A stretch of DNA of 64,000 nucleotides. Origin: Anaerolineae bacterium (GTDB taxonomy: Bacteria; Chloroflexota; Anaerolineae; JAADDB01). The stretch spans positions 13,214 through 77,213 of the forward strand of contig WFQU01000020.1 of the NCBI GenBank assembly GCA_015486845.1, read 5' to 3'. Under the pieces are notes generated by a model. It worked only from the letters and a program-made list of their open reading frames with translations, was not told the origin of the DNA and did not search any database. Below are positions 13,438 through 23,002 of the stretch, piece by piece (within the stretch, counting starts at the first letter, position 1; each line of letters starts with the position of its first letter). Made by a program: the position numbers and the translations under genes.

Positions 13438-13671
13438 AGTGCTTCTCTTATTTATGTAATTTCACAAACACAATCAATATACAGAGTTTTCCTCGACTTG
13501 TCAAAAAAACATAAGGCTGGGCTACGTCGGTGCCATCGCAATAATTCCTTCATAATGCACTATTACACAGCAGCCTGAATGGATCTGCGGTTGTTAAGGG
13601 CTCGGCGCATCACGGATGCGGCTATCTCTGTTTAGAAGTCCAACCTCTGCGAGAAGTTAAACTTCATCAAG

Positions 13672-15060
13672 TTAAGTATCGCTATTCCCTGGGGGATACC
13701 ACGGATGGCAATACCACAATTTACATTGTTCTCCCCAACGCCGGAAGAAAATTTGCCTGTCCGTTACCCAGTACTGGGCCCAACAACGGCGCAACGGCCA
13801 AAGAAAAGCGGCAAGGGTCCCTATCATCGACAACATCAGGCCGGCCAAGACCAGCCAACGACCGGGTTCGCTATTCACAGCTAAAATCATCTCTCGTTGG
13901 ATGGCAAAACGCAGGGTGAGCGCATCATTAATTCGAATTGCACCGTCGTGGTCCACAAATTGAGAGGCGATGGGCTGCTCGCCATCAATTTTATAGACTT
14001 GGACTAAAAAAACAGGCCCGGTAAATCCTTTCTCCGGCAAAGATTTATAGCCGACGATCCGGAGAGCCAGCGTCGTGGCAGACAGCAATAAATTCCGCTC
14101 TGTGCCCGAAGCAGCAAAAGAGAGGTCCGCTTTCTCCTTAACTTGTCCGTTCACCGTCTGCATAGGAAGTAGAGCGCCCTTTGCGCCTATAGCCGTAATT
14201 TGCAGATGGGGCCACGCATCGACGAAAGCGAATCGTAAGTCACCAATCGTGGTAGCATGCCCCAACGGAATAGCTTCCTGATCAACACTCTGGCCTCTGG
14301 TAATGGCCATAGAGGCCGCCGGGTAACCATCGCGGCTGTCACGGATAGCGTTCAACTGAACCTGAAAATTATGTTGTTTTTCCGTCCATTGCTGTCCAGC
14401 GGAAAGCGGGTGGAAAGGCAAGGCCCAGCTCAAATAGCTATTCGTCAAGAGGCCACCGACTAAGAGTAAGCCGCCGATGGCAATGAGCAGGTAAGCGCGT
14501 AGGCCGGCCAACGGCCCATAGGCAAAGACCTGTCGCGCCGGGCCGACTGTCTCTAACCCAGCAATGATACCACAGCGGTGCATCGTGTCCATCGCTAATG
14601 TGTCTGCTTCGGTAATGCCCTCAGAAGCGGGGAAGTGACTTTGTTGCGCCGGAACTGCGGCGGCCGTTCGGGTCAGAGGGGGCACATGAGAACGATTGAA
14701 TCGGGGCCAAAGCAACAATCGCATCGCATCCCCCAGGCGGATCCAGAAGATAAAGCCTATGATTAGAACACTACTGCGCCACCACAGCGCGTGTTGCAAA
14801 TCGAAAAAACGTAATGGTCGCCATAGTCCTGCCCATAAAATTGACCGGGTATGGTCCTGCAACCAAGTCACTTTCTCGGCCGGATTGGATGCTAAGGCAA
14901 AAGGTAATTGTGGCCAAAAGGTCACAACTAAGTACGTGAAAAGAAAAAACAGCGAGGCCAACCACAGCATGCCCGGTGAACTAAAAATAGCCCAGGCATA
15001 CTCGGTAAACTTCTTGATCCAGGCGAAAATTCTGGCCGGCACTACAGCGATCTTTTTCAC
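13672..15060 (-). CDS. ResB/Ccs1-like cytochrome c biogenesis membrane protein (tentative)
   Basis: The N-terminal TM segment with FSSPGMLWLASLFFLFTYLVVTFWPQ resembles the ResB start. A large central hydrophilic domain and a C-terminal TM are present. The ORF-track start at 15177 overlaps tRNA-Thr, so the GTG at 15060 is used. Confidence 0.45.
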   Translation of the reverse strand: MKKIAVVPARIFAWIKKFTEYAWAIFSSPGMLWLASLFFLFTYLVVTFWPQLPFALASNPAEKVTWLQDHTRSILWAGLWRPLRFFDLQHALWWRSSVLIIGFIFWIRLGDAMRLLLWPRFNRSHVPPLTRTAAAVPAQQSHFPASEGITEADTLAMDTMHRCGIIAGLETVGPARQVFAYGPLAGLRAYLLIAIGGLLLVGGLLTNSYLSWALPFHPLSAGQQWTEKQHNFQVQLNAIRDSRDGYPAASMAITRGQSVDQEAIPLGHATTIGDLRFAFVDAWPHLQITAIGAKGALLPMQTVNGQVKEKADLSFAASGTERNLLLSATTLALRIVGYKSLPEKGFTGPVFLVQVYKIDGEQPIASQFVDHDGAIRINDALTLRFAIQREMILAVNSEPGRWLVLAGLMLSMIGTLAAFLWPLRRCWAQYWVTDRQIFFRRWGEQCKLWYCHPWYPPGNSDT

Positions 15061-15141
15061 TTCCGGGCGCTCCTCTTGGACGCAGGAGGTACTTCGGTAG
15101 AAAATAGAAAAGCCCCACCAAAGTGGATGGAGCTTTCCTTG

Positions 15142-15215
15142 AGCCACCCATCGGACTCGAACCGATAACCTACGCATTACGAATGCGTTGCTCTTCCGAA
15201 TTGAGCTAGGGTGGC
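15142..15215 (-). tRNA. tRNA-Thr (anticodon CGU)
   Basis: The minus strand gives GCCACCCTAGCTCAATTCGGAAGAGCAACGCATTCGTAATGCGTAGGTTATCGGTTCGAGTCCGATGGGTGGCT as a cloverleaf. It has a 7-bp acceptor stem, a T-loop GGTTCGAGTCC and anticodon loop TTCGTAA. CCA is not encoded. An upstream TTGTCA-17-TATAAT promoter is present. Confidence 0.85.
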
Positions 15216-15458
15216 AAGCTGGTCAAATTATAGCTATTCCCCTTCCCTTTGACAAGTCTTTATGGGGCAAGTCGCGCAGGGGTAACGCCAACTATTGACT
15301 GCCATCGTGATGCAACAGGTTTTATCCCGACGCGGGTAGTCCCATGATCTGTCCGCATTATAGAACAGGGCTGCTTGCGCCTGCTCTGAGCTGTCCCAAC
15401 GCCCCCACTAAATAATTTGACATAAGGGCAATTCTTCGTCTATAATTGTTGTGATTGC

Positions 15459-15530
15459 GCGGGTGTAGCGCAGTGGTAGCGCATCTGCTTCCCAAGCAGA
15501 GTGTCGTGGGTTCGAATCCCATCACCCGCT
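15459..15530 (+). tRNA. tRNA-Gly (anticodon CCC)
   Basis: GCGGGTGTAGCGCAGTGGTAGCGCATCTGCTTCCCAAGCAGAGTGTCGTGGGTTCGAATCCCATCACCCGCT folds as a cloverleaf. A canonical TTGACA-18-TATAAT promoter lies at about 15417-15446. Confidence 0.85.
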
Positions 15531-15539
15531 CAGATGTAT

Positions 15540-15568
15540 GCCCTCCCAGGTCGGGAGGGCGTTTTTTT
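15540..15568 (+). terminator. Rho-independent terminator after tRNA-Gly
   Basis: GCCCTCCC-agg-TCGGGAGGGC followed by GTTTTTTT. Confidence 0.8.
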
Positions 15569-15671
15569 GCCGTGTGGAAAGAAAGGTGAGCCGTATGGAT
15601 TGTGTATTCAGTGATAACTTGAGCAAGCACAATCCGGTTGTCTTAGCACCGTTCCAGGATCTATCGACACG

Positions 15672-17453
15672 ATGAAATATCTTTGGCGATTACTGGGCTA
15701 CCTGCGCCCGCATTGGGCGGGCGTGTTGCTGACAGACCTGGCGCTTTTAGTCGGCACACTGCTCAGCCTGGCCGTACCCTGGCTCATCAAGCGGGTAATC
15801 GATATTGGGCTGAAGGGCGATATACGGGCCTTAGCAGTTTCTGCCGGGGCTATCATTACCGTAGGCCTCTTGCGCTTTTTGGTCGGCTATGGCCAACGTT
15901 ACGGCGGTGGTTGGCTGGCTTACATGGTGAGCTACGACTTGCGCAATGAAATGTTAGCACGCGTGCAATCCCTCAGCTTTTCTTACCACGATCAAGAACA
16001 AACTGGCCAAATCATGTCGCGCATGACCAGTGATATCACTGCCATGCAACGATTTTTCTCCGGGGCACTGCTGGATAGCTTGAATTTAGTCTTTTTGTTC
16101 ACGGGCGTCACTTTGACCATGCTCAAATTGGATCCCATTTTGACCTTCTATGCTTTACTCCCTTTCCCCCTCTTAGGGGTTACAGCGATCCATTTCGGCC
16201 GGCGGGTACGTCGCTTGTGGAAAGCTGCTCAGGAACGTTTTGGCTATTTGACCGCGATACTGCAAGAAAATCTAACCGGGGCGCAGGTAGTGCGTGCTTT
16301 CGTGCGCGAGCATTACGAAGTCGAGAAATTCAGCAAGGCTAATCAACAGTTCATGGACCAGCGCCTGAAAACCATTTACACCTGGGCCAGCAACTTCCCG
16401 TTTATGTCCTTCATCGCCGCATTGAGCAGCGCGCTGGTTTTCTGGTTCGGCGGTGCGCAAGCTATCGCCGGCCGCACCACGATAGGCACCGTCGTCGCTT
16501 TCAACGGCTATGTCATGCTATTGGCTATGCCGGTGCGCAGGCTGGGCATGATCGTCAATTTGTACGGCGAGGCAATGGGCATCGGCGAGCGCCTCTTCGA
16601 GATATTAGACCAAACTTCGCCTGTGCAAGAGCAAGTCGATGCCATTGAACTACCACGGTTACAAGGGCATATACGCTTCGAACAAGTTGGGTTTCATTAC
16701 GCCCGCACCCAGGAAGGAAAACAGCCCACTGAAGAGGTCCTTAGCGACATTAATTTGGACGTGCCGCCGGGGAGCATCGTGGCGCTCGTTGGGCACACCG
16801 GTTCCGGCAAGAGCAGCATTGTGAATTTGATCCCGCGTTTTTATGATATCACAGCCGGACGCATTAGTATCGACGGTTATGATGTACGGGATGTGACCCT
16901 CGCCTCGTTGCGCCGGCAAATTGGTGTGGTCATGCAAAATACACAGCTTTTCTCCGAGAGCATCGCCGCCAATATCGCCTATGGCCGGCCAGACGCATCC
17001 TTGGCCGAGATTCAGGCTGCGGCCCAGGCGGCCCAGGCGGACGAATTCATTCGCACCATGCCGCAGGGCTACCAAACCGTTGTCGGGCCGCGCGGCGTGA
17101 CTCTTTCGGGTGGACAACGCCAGCGCATTGCTATTGCTCGTGCTTTGCTCTTGGACCCGCGTATCCTCATTTTAGACGATTCCACTTCCAGCGTGGATAC
17201 ACAAACGGAGTACAAGATTCAGCAAGCGTTGCACCAATTAATGCGGGGACGCACGTCATTCGTGATTGCGCACCGGCTGACCACCGTCAAAGAAGCTGAT
17301 CTTATTGTCGTCTTGCGCCGGGGCCGTATTGTACAGCAAGGAACACACCAGGCGCTCTTGGCACAAGGCGGCTATTACAAAGAAATTTACGATTTGCAAT
17401 TGCGCGATCAAGAGGAAACAGCGGCTGCGAACGCCACCGGGAGGGCATCGTGA
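15672..17453 (+). CDS. ABC transporter permease/ATP-binding protein (exporter, MsbA-like half transporter)
   Basis: The N-terminus has 6 TM segments. The C-terminal NBD carries Walker A GHTGSGKSS, the signature LSGGQRQR and a Walker B ILILDD. Confidence 0.85.
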   Translation: MKYLWRLLGYLRPHWAGVLLTDLALLVGTLLSLAVPWLIKRVIDIGLKGDIRALAVSAGAIITVGLLRFLVGYGQRYGGGWLAYMVSYDLRNEMLARVQSLSFSYHDQEQTGQIMSRMTSDITAMQRFFSGALLDSLNLVFLFTGVTLTMLKLDPILTFYALLPFPLLGVTAIHFGRRVRRLWKAAQERFGYLTAILQENLTGAQVVRAFVREHYEVEKFSKANQQFMDQRLKTIYTWASNFPFMSFIAALSSALVFWFGGAQAIAGRTTIGTVVAFNGYVMLLAMPVRRLGMIVNLYGEAMGIGERLFEILDQTSPVQEQVDAIELPRLQGHIRFEQVGFHYARTQEGKQPTEEVLSDINLDVPPGSIVALVGHTGSGKSSIVNLIPRFYDITAGRISIDGYDVRDVTLASLRRQIGVVMQNTQLFSESIAANIAYGRPDASLAEIQAAAQAAQADEFIRTMPQGYQTVVGPRGVTLSGGQRQRIAIARALLLDPRILILDDSTSSVDTQTEYKIQQALHQLMRGRTSFVIAHRLTTVKEADLIVVLRRGRIVQQGTHQALLAQGGYYKEIYDLQLRDQEETAAANATGRAS

Positions 17454-19312
17454 GGGGCGGCGGACAGGGCAGATTAATGCGCGGTAGCGATAAACACGGC
17501 ATCGATTTCAAGCTCCTCATACGGGTGCTGCGTTATATTTTCCCTTATTGGAAGTTAGTAGCGGTGGCTTTCACGGCGATGTTCGTGGTTACTTTAGGAA
17601 CGCTGGCCGGCCCATACCTGATCCGGCTTATTTTAGACGATGGCATCAGCCAACAGAATTTAGCGCTCCTGCGCAAATTCGTCCTTATCTATTTAGCCGT
17701 ACAAGGCTTGATTTGGATCGCCCGGTGGACGCAAGTGCGCACTATTGCCACTGCCGGACAGAATGCCATCTACAATTTACGCAACGAACTGTTCGTACGC
17801 TTACAGGAACTCTCCATGCGTCGCCTGAACCAGGAAGAAACAGGCGTCCTCATGTCTCGTGTGACTTCCGACGTGAACGTGTTGCAAGACTTAATCACCT
17901 GGGCACTGACCGGCACGGCCAGCGATTTCCTCGTCCTTTTTGGCGTTGTCATGGTCATGTTGGAGATGGACGCCCACTTGGCACTGATCGCCTTCTCCGT
18001 CTTACCTTTAATGGTGGTTATGACCGAAATTTGGCGACGGTACGTCCAGGATGCTTACCGGGCGGTGCGTAAACGTAACGGAGAACTTTTAGGGGCCATC
18101 GAAGAACAAATCAGCAATGTGCGGGTCACGCAGGCATTTGCCCGCGAACAATATAACTTGCGCGATTTCCGCGATCGGGTCAACGGAGGCTTCTTACGGG
18201 CTAATCTACACGCGACGAGGCTGGGCGCACTTTTCTTTTCCGGCGTGGACTTTCTGGCTTTACTGGCTATCGCCCTATTGGTGTGGTTCGGCGGCTTAGA
18301 CGTGCTGAACAAAACCATTTCCGCCGGCGTGCTAGTCGCGTTTGTCCTTTACGTAGATCATTTCTTCAATCCGATTCGTGACATTGCGCAGCGTTACAAC
18401 ACGCTGCAATCGGCCTTAGCCGCCAGCGAGCGCATTTTCCGTTTGTTGGACACACCATTAGAAGTCGTGCCGCCGCCGCATGGCCTGCGCTTGACGCCGC
18501 TCCAAGGCGATATTCGCCTCGAAAAAGTCAGCTTCCATTATGGTGACGGCGCTTGGGTGCTACAAGATGTGTCTTTCCACGTGCGGCCGGGGGAAACTGT
18601 CGCCGTCGTCGGACACACCGGCGCTGGCAAAACAACTATCATCCGCTTGCTGGGCCGCTATTACGACGTGCAGCGTGGGCGGATACTGATCGACGGTCAC
18701 GATATCCGGACCATCGCGTTGCCTACTTTGCGCCGGCAGATGGGTGTGGTACTTCAAGAGAACTTCCTCTTCCGGGGCAGCGTCATGGACAACATTCGCT
18801 ACGGCCGCCTGGAAGCTACGGAGAAAGAAGTTATTGCTGCGGCGCAACATGTAGGTGCTCACGATTTCATTAGCCGTTTGCCGGATGGCTACAATACCGA
18901 TGTCGAAGAAGGTGGAGCGCGTCTTTCTGTCGGTGAACGACAACTAATTGCTTTCGCTCGCGCATTGTTAGCCGACCCGCGTTTTCTCATTTTGGACGAA
19001 GCCACTGCCAGCATCGACACAAAAACAGAGCAGCTCATCCAACGAGCGTTAGCCGTCCTGCTGCAGGGTCGCACGGCAATTGTGATCGCACATCGTTTGA
19101 GCACCATCACCAAAGCAGATCGTATCCTGGTTCTAGATCAGGGCCGTTTAGTCGAAGAAGGCACGCACGATCGTTTGTTGGCCCGGCAAGGGCTGTATTA
19201 CCGGCTGTACACATTGGGCTTTGCCAAAGATCGCCCAGCGACGCAGCCGCCCAAACGCCATATCAAACGCCCGCTCAATCCGCCATCCACGCCCTCGTTT
19301 CCTTTAGGATGA
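17450..19312 (+). CDS. ABC transporter permease/ATP-binding protein (second subunit of heterodimeric exporter)
   Basis: TMD plus NBD with GHTGAGKTT, LSVGERQL and FLILDEAT. The start overlaps the stop of the upstream subunit. Confidence 0.85.
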   Translation: MRGGGQGRLMRGSDKHGIDFKLLIRVLRYIFPYWKLVAVAFTAMFVVTLGTLAGPYLIRLILDDGISQQNLALLRKFVLIYLAVQGLIWIARWTQVRTIATAGQNAIYNLRNELFVRLQELSMRRLNQEETGVLMSRVTSDVNVLQDLITWALTGTASDFLVLFGVVMVMLEMDAHLALIAFSVLPLMVVMTEIWRRYVQDAYRAVRKRNGELLGAIEEQISNVRVTQAFAREQYNLRDFRDRVNGGFLRANLHATRLGALFFSGVDFLALLAIALLVWFGGLDVLNKTISAGVLVAFVLYVDHFFNPIRDIAQRYNTLQSALAASERIFRLLDTPLEVVPPPHGLRLTPLQGDIRLEKVSFHYGDGAWVLQDVSFHVRPGETVAVVGHTGAGKTTIIRLLGRYYDVQRGRILIDGHDIRTIALPTLRRQMGVVLQENFLFRGSVMDNIRYGRLEATEKEVIAAAQHVGAHDFISRLPDGYNTDVEEGGARLSVGERQLIAFARALLADPRFLILDEATASIDTKTEQLIQRALAVLLQGRTAIVIAHRLSTITKADRILVLDQGRLVEEGTHDRLLARQGLYYRLYTLGFAKDRPATQPPKRHIKRPLNPPSTPSFPLG

Positions 19313-19382
19313 CAATTTGACACCGTTTTTCCCCCGTGATAGCATCAGCGCGCTTGCCATTCGGGAAGCCTGACAACAACAT

Positions 19383-19748
19383 TTGGGAGTGTTGGAAATG
19401 TATCCCGAGACAGAAATCATTTTCCCTTTTCGTAAATTGCGCAAATTGCGCTACAGCGGTGGCGAAAAATGGAAAGATTTAGTGGATCGTGTTAGCGCTT
19501 TGCCAAACAGTGATCCTGATGCGATTGCCATGAACTTGGTCATTGCTGAAGTGTGCGACTGCCTGAAATGCGGGCCAAGCAGTTATAAAGCAGTCTTAGG
19601 CTGCGAGGTATGTGCCAAGCGTAGCATCGCAGCCGTCCAAAGCGGAGACAATGGCCTTTTGCGCCGCTTCAAAAGAGCACAAAGACGAGTTGCTGCTTTC
19701 CAAGAAGAAAAGCAGGCCATTTGGCAACGCTATATGCGCAAAGCGTAA
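19383..19748 (+). CDS. Hypothetical small Cys-rich protein (CxxC...CxxC)
   Basis: 121 aa containing CDCLKC and CEVC, a possible zinc ribbon, with no recognisable family. It lies upstream of the ECF sigma factor gene. Confidence 0.4.
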   Translation: MGVLEMYPETEIIFPFRKLRKLRYSGGEKWKDLVDRVSALPNSDPDAIAMNLVIAEVCDCLKCGPSSYKAVLGCEVCAKRSIAAVQSGDNGLLRRFKRAQRRVAAFQEEKQAIWQRYMRKA

Positions 19749-19865
19749 TCGTCGGGGCCATCCAGCGTTGGAGGGTCTGTTTTATGCCGTTTTCCAAGTG
19801 GTTTTTTACTGCCCACTTTGCCCAACCGAATAAATTTGTTTCTGTTCCGTTTATGAGATGCCAAG

Positions 19866-20444
19866 ATGTCAAATGTCGATACGGTCAAGGAAGAAAAAGC
19901 ATGGTTGCTGGCTGCCCAACAAGGGGATGAAAACGCGTTTGGGCAGTTGGTGCAACGCTTTTATGTTTATGTCGTAAGTATCACGTATCGCATGACTGGA
20001 GAATCAATGACGGCGGAGGATTTGGCACAGGAAACTTTTTTCAGTGCGTGGCGAAATTTACCCCGCTTTGAAATTCGTAGTGAAAGCGGTTTCCGGGTCT
20101 GGTTAGGGCGTATTGCCACGAACAAAACGTTGGACTATTTGCGTCGGCAACCGGCCACGGCGCCCTTGCCGGATGACGAGTTAGTCGCCCGTCCCGGAAA
20201 ATCACTGCCAGAGGAGGATGTCTTGAGCCGGGAATTGCAGCAATTGCTGGAAGAGAGCATTGCCGCTTTGCCCGCCAGAAGTCGAGCCGCTTTAATTTTA
20301 CGGGAGTACGAAGGACTGTCTTATCAAGAAATCGCCAAGGTGTTGGATATTCCAGTGGGCACAGTCATGTCACGTTTGAGTTATGCCCGCCGAAAATTGC
20401 AGAACCAATTGGAGCCTTACTTACGCCATGAAACAGACCGGTGA
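19866..20444 (+). CDS. RNA polymerase sigma-70 factor, ECF subfamily
   Basis: Region 2 (FFSAWRNLPRFE...WLGRIATNKTLDYLRRQ) and region 4 (SYQEIAKVLDIPVGTVMSRLSYARRKLQ) are both present. Confidence 0.85.
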   Translation: MSNVDTVKEEKAWLLAAQQGDENAFGQLVQRFYVYVVSITYRMTGESMTAEDLAQETFFSAWRNLPRFEIRSESGFRVWLGRIATNKTLDYLRRQPATAPLPDDELVARPGKSLPEEDVLSRELQQLLEESIAALPARSRAALILREYEGLSYQEIAKVLDIPVGTVMSRLSYARRKLQNQLEPYLRHETDR

Positions 20445-21045
20445 ACACAGTCAATGGGAAGCCTTGCTGGTACCCTACTTCGATAATCAGTTGCCACCTT
20501 CATATCGCGAGCAAATGAGCGATCATGTGCGACACTGCCCGGCATGCCAGGCCGAATTACAACAGCTTATCGCCATGCGCCGTTTGTTGCGGCAAAGCAA
20601 ATTGCCGGCTACGTTGGCCAACCATGAAGCTGCATTTTGGCAACGCTTGTCACCTCACTTGCCCCAACGGCGAGCACGGCAGCGGGTTCCTCATTTGGCT
20701 AAACTACCTTCTTTTTTGTACGTGACCGTCGTTTTAATGACGCATTTACTCTTTTTTGGTTGGATAGGATGGGTACTCAATCAAACATTGAATCTGGTTC
20801 CGCTCCAAATGCACATTCCGGAAATGTGGCAGGGCTGGCTTTATGCGTTTTTAGCCGGGCCGTTCAGCTTGTTGCTGAGTTTTTTCGCCGCAATAGCGCC
20901 AGACTGGGCGCAGGAGGCCGCTTTCGTGTTCGGCCCAACGCTATTATTCCTGTTGGCGCTGGCCGGTATAACCTGGCTTTATTTCGCCTGGTCGAAAAGT
21001 CAGGAAACTAAAAATGGGGAGTATTTCACGCATGGAACAACTTGA
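20428..21045 (+). CDS. Anti-sigma factor, zinc-finger (ZAS-like) with one TM helix
   Basis: The HVRHCPACQAEL (HxxxCxxC) motif sits in the N-terminal domain. The start overlaps the sigma gene stop. A C-terminal hydrophobic segment is present. Confidence 0.65.
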   Translation: MKQTGEHSQWEALLVPYFDNQLPPSYREQMSDHVRHCPACQAELQQLIAMRRLLRQSKLPATLANHEAAFWQRLSPHLPQRRARQRVPHLAKLPSFLYVTVVLMTHLLFFGWIGWVLNQTLNLVPLQMHIPEMWQGWLYAFLAGPFSLLLSFFAAIAPDWAQEAAFVFGPTLLFLLALAGITWLYFAWSKSQETKNGEYFTHGTT

Positions 21046-22099
21046 AAAACCTTTCGATATGATCAAACGCGCTTTTCACATCGTGCGCCGCACGCCGGCG
21101 TTATGGTGGCTGGCCATGCTATACGCGGTCGCAGGCGGCAAAGCCGTGCTCGATCTAAATTTCGGCAGTGGGTTCAATTACCGCGCTCATCGTACGAATC
21201 ACTGGGCTAAGCTGCCCGATGTGAACAGTTTCTTACAACAGAATTGGATAGCCATTTTGCTATTAGGTGGTTCGTTAATTCTGTTGCTATCGATTATCTT
21301 CCTGGTAGTGAATCTACTCTCTGATGTCGCCTTGTTAAACGCCAGCAACCAGGTTCTGCAAGAACAAACGCTGCCCTCGTTCTGGCAATCGCTACAGAAA
21401 AGCTGGAACAGAAAAATGTGGCACTTATTTCTCGCCCAACTCATTATCGACGTGCCATTGTTTCTGCTCATTGCTTTGCTGATTGGTTTGCCAATCCTCT
21501 CGATCGTCTTGATCGTGACATCTGGCCGCCATTTTGCCACGCCGGGCGCCGGCGCCATCATTTTCCTGGTCATCGCCGGCATCATCGCCTTACTCCTTTT
21601 CATTCTTTTCATGATTGTCTTAGCGATTGTCGTAGGCTTATGGTCCGGTTTTACCAAACGCTTTGTCGTACTGTCCGAAACGAAGCCAATGGCTGCCGTA
21701 TGCCAAGGATGGAACTTAATGTGGAGCAAATGGCGATCAATTCTCAACGTCTGGCTTTTAGCACTGGCAGCTGCCATTGGCTGGGATATCGCGACATTGC
21801 TTGTCCTCGGTCTGCTGGTCGTGTTAATTGGCAGCACCGCCGGATTGATAACTTTTTTAAGCGGACAAGGGTTTCATTTCTTCGGCAATATTTGGCTTGG
21901 TCTACTCTTAGGTGTCCCGTTTATCGGTTTGCCGGCGCTTTACTTGCGCTCGCTCTATTTAGCTTTTGATGCTGTACTGTGGACCGATGTTTTCCAACAA
22001 CTTATCGCCCCGCCCTGGATAGAAACGCCGAACGAGCCAGAACCAGAATTCGCCCCGGAACCGGTTAAAGGGGATTATTTACCGCCGCGCTATGTCTGA
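21032..22099 (+). CDS. Hypothetical polytopic membrane protein
   Basis: At least 6 hydrophobic helices and a Pro/Glu-rich C-terminal tail. It is co-directional with the sigma/anti-sigma pair and ksgA. Confidence 0.5.
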   Translation: MEQLEKPFDMIKRAFHIVRRTPALWWLAMLYAVAGGKAVLDLNFGSGFNYRAHRTNHWAKLPDVNSFLQQNWIAILLLGGSLILLLSIIFLVVNLLSDVALLNASNQVLQEQTLPSFWQSLQKSWNRKMWHLFLAQLIIDVPLFLLIALLIGLPILSIVLIVTSGRHFATPGAGAIIFLVIAGIIALLLFILFMIVLAIVVGLWSGFTKRFVVLSETKPMAAVCQGWNLMWSKWRSILNVWLLALAAAIGWDIATLLVLGLLVVLIGSTAGLITFLSGQGFHFFGNIWLGLLLGVPFIGLPALYLRSLYLAFDAVLWTDVFQQLIAPPWIETPNEPEPEFAPEPVKGDYLPPRYV

Positions 22100-22961
22100 T
22101 CACCTGCCAGAATACCCTACGCTCAAACAGATCTTGCGGGGCCTGAACTTGTCTCCTCGCAAAGGATTGGCCCAGAATTTCCTATTGGAAAGCGGCTATT
22201 TGCACCAGGCCATCGCCGCCGCCGAGATTGGCCCGGCGGACACAGTGCTGGAAATCGGGGCCGGACCGGGCACCCTTACGGCGCGTTTAGCAGCCGTTGC
22301 CGGGCACGTCATTGCCGTAGAACTGGACGACCGGTTTCTCCCCTACCTGCACCGCACCTTCGCCAGTCAGCCGCATGTCACTATCATCCACGCCGACATC
22401 ATGGCCACGGATATTGCCGCTTTGCTGCGAGACGTGACCGGCCAAGAGCGTCCGGTTTACAAAGTAGTAGCTAACTTGCCCTATTACATTACCTCGGCTT
22501 TGTTACGCCGCTTGTTAGAAGCAGAACCGCCTCCAACGATGGCCGTCTTGATGTTGCAATGGGAAGTAGCAAAGCGTATTGTGGCTAAACCGCCGCGCCT
22601 GAGCCTTTTATCCGTCAGCGTGCAATTCTACGGGCGTCCTCGTTTGGTAACAAAAGTTCCAGCCGGGGCCTTCTATCCGGTGCCCAAGGTCGATTCAGCG
22701 TTGTTAGGAGTGGACAGCAAGCCACCGGGCAGATGGCCCTATCCACTGCCGGGACACTTCTTCCGGGTGGTGCGGGCCGGCTTCAGCCAGCGGCGCAAAC
22801 AGTTACCAAATAACCTGTCCCGTGAGCTAGGTTTACCCAAAGCAGACGTAGTTGCGCTGCTGCAAAGTGCACTAATCGCTCCCCAACGCCGGGCCGAAAC
22901 GCTATCCCTGGCAGAATGGGCTGTTTTGACAAAGCTTCTCGATGATCGATCTCTTTTATAG
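22092..22961 (+). CDS. rsmA: 16S rRNA (adenine1518/1519-N6)-dimethyltransferase
   Basis: LKQILRGLNLSPRKGLAQNFLLESGYL, the SAM motif VLEIGAGPGTLT and the NLPYYIT motif. Confidence 0.9.
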   Translation: MSDHLPEYPTLKQILRGLNLSPRKGLAQNFLLESGYLHQAIAAAEIGPADTVLEIGAGPGTLTARLAAVAGHVIAVELDDRFLPYLHRTFASQPHVTIIHADIMATDIAALLRDVTGQERPVYKVVANLPYYITSALLRRLLEAEPPPTMAVLMLQWEVAKRIVAKPPRLSLLSVSVQFYGRPRLVTKVPAGAFYPVPKVDSALLGVDSKPPGRWPYPLPGHFFRVVRAGFSQRRKQLPNNLSRELGLPKADVVALLQSALIAPQRRAETLSLAEWAVLTKLLDDRSLL

Positions 22962-23002
22962 TGGTCGCATCGCACAACCGACCATGCGATCATGTCCAGC
23001 CA

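Noticed and set aside
15061-15177. Upstream part of the ResB-like ORF
   Set aside because: It overlaps tRNA-Thr. An internal GTG at 15060 gives a start just before the first TM segment.
15358-15630. 90-aa minus-strand ORF
   Set aside because: It completely overlaps tRNA-Gly and its terminator.
21199-21837. 212-aa minus-strand ORF
   Set aside because: Antisense to the polytopic membrane protein gene, with low-complexity composition.
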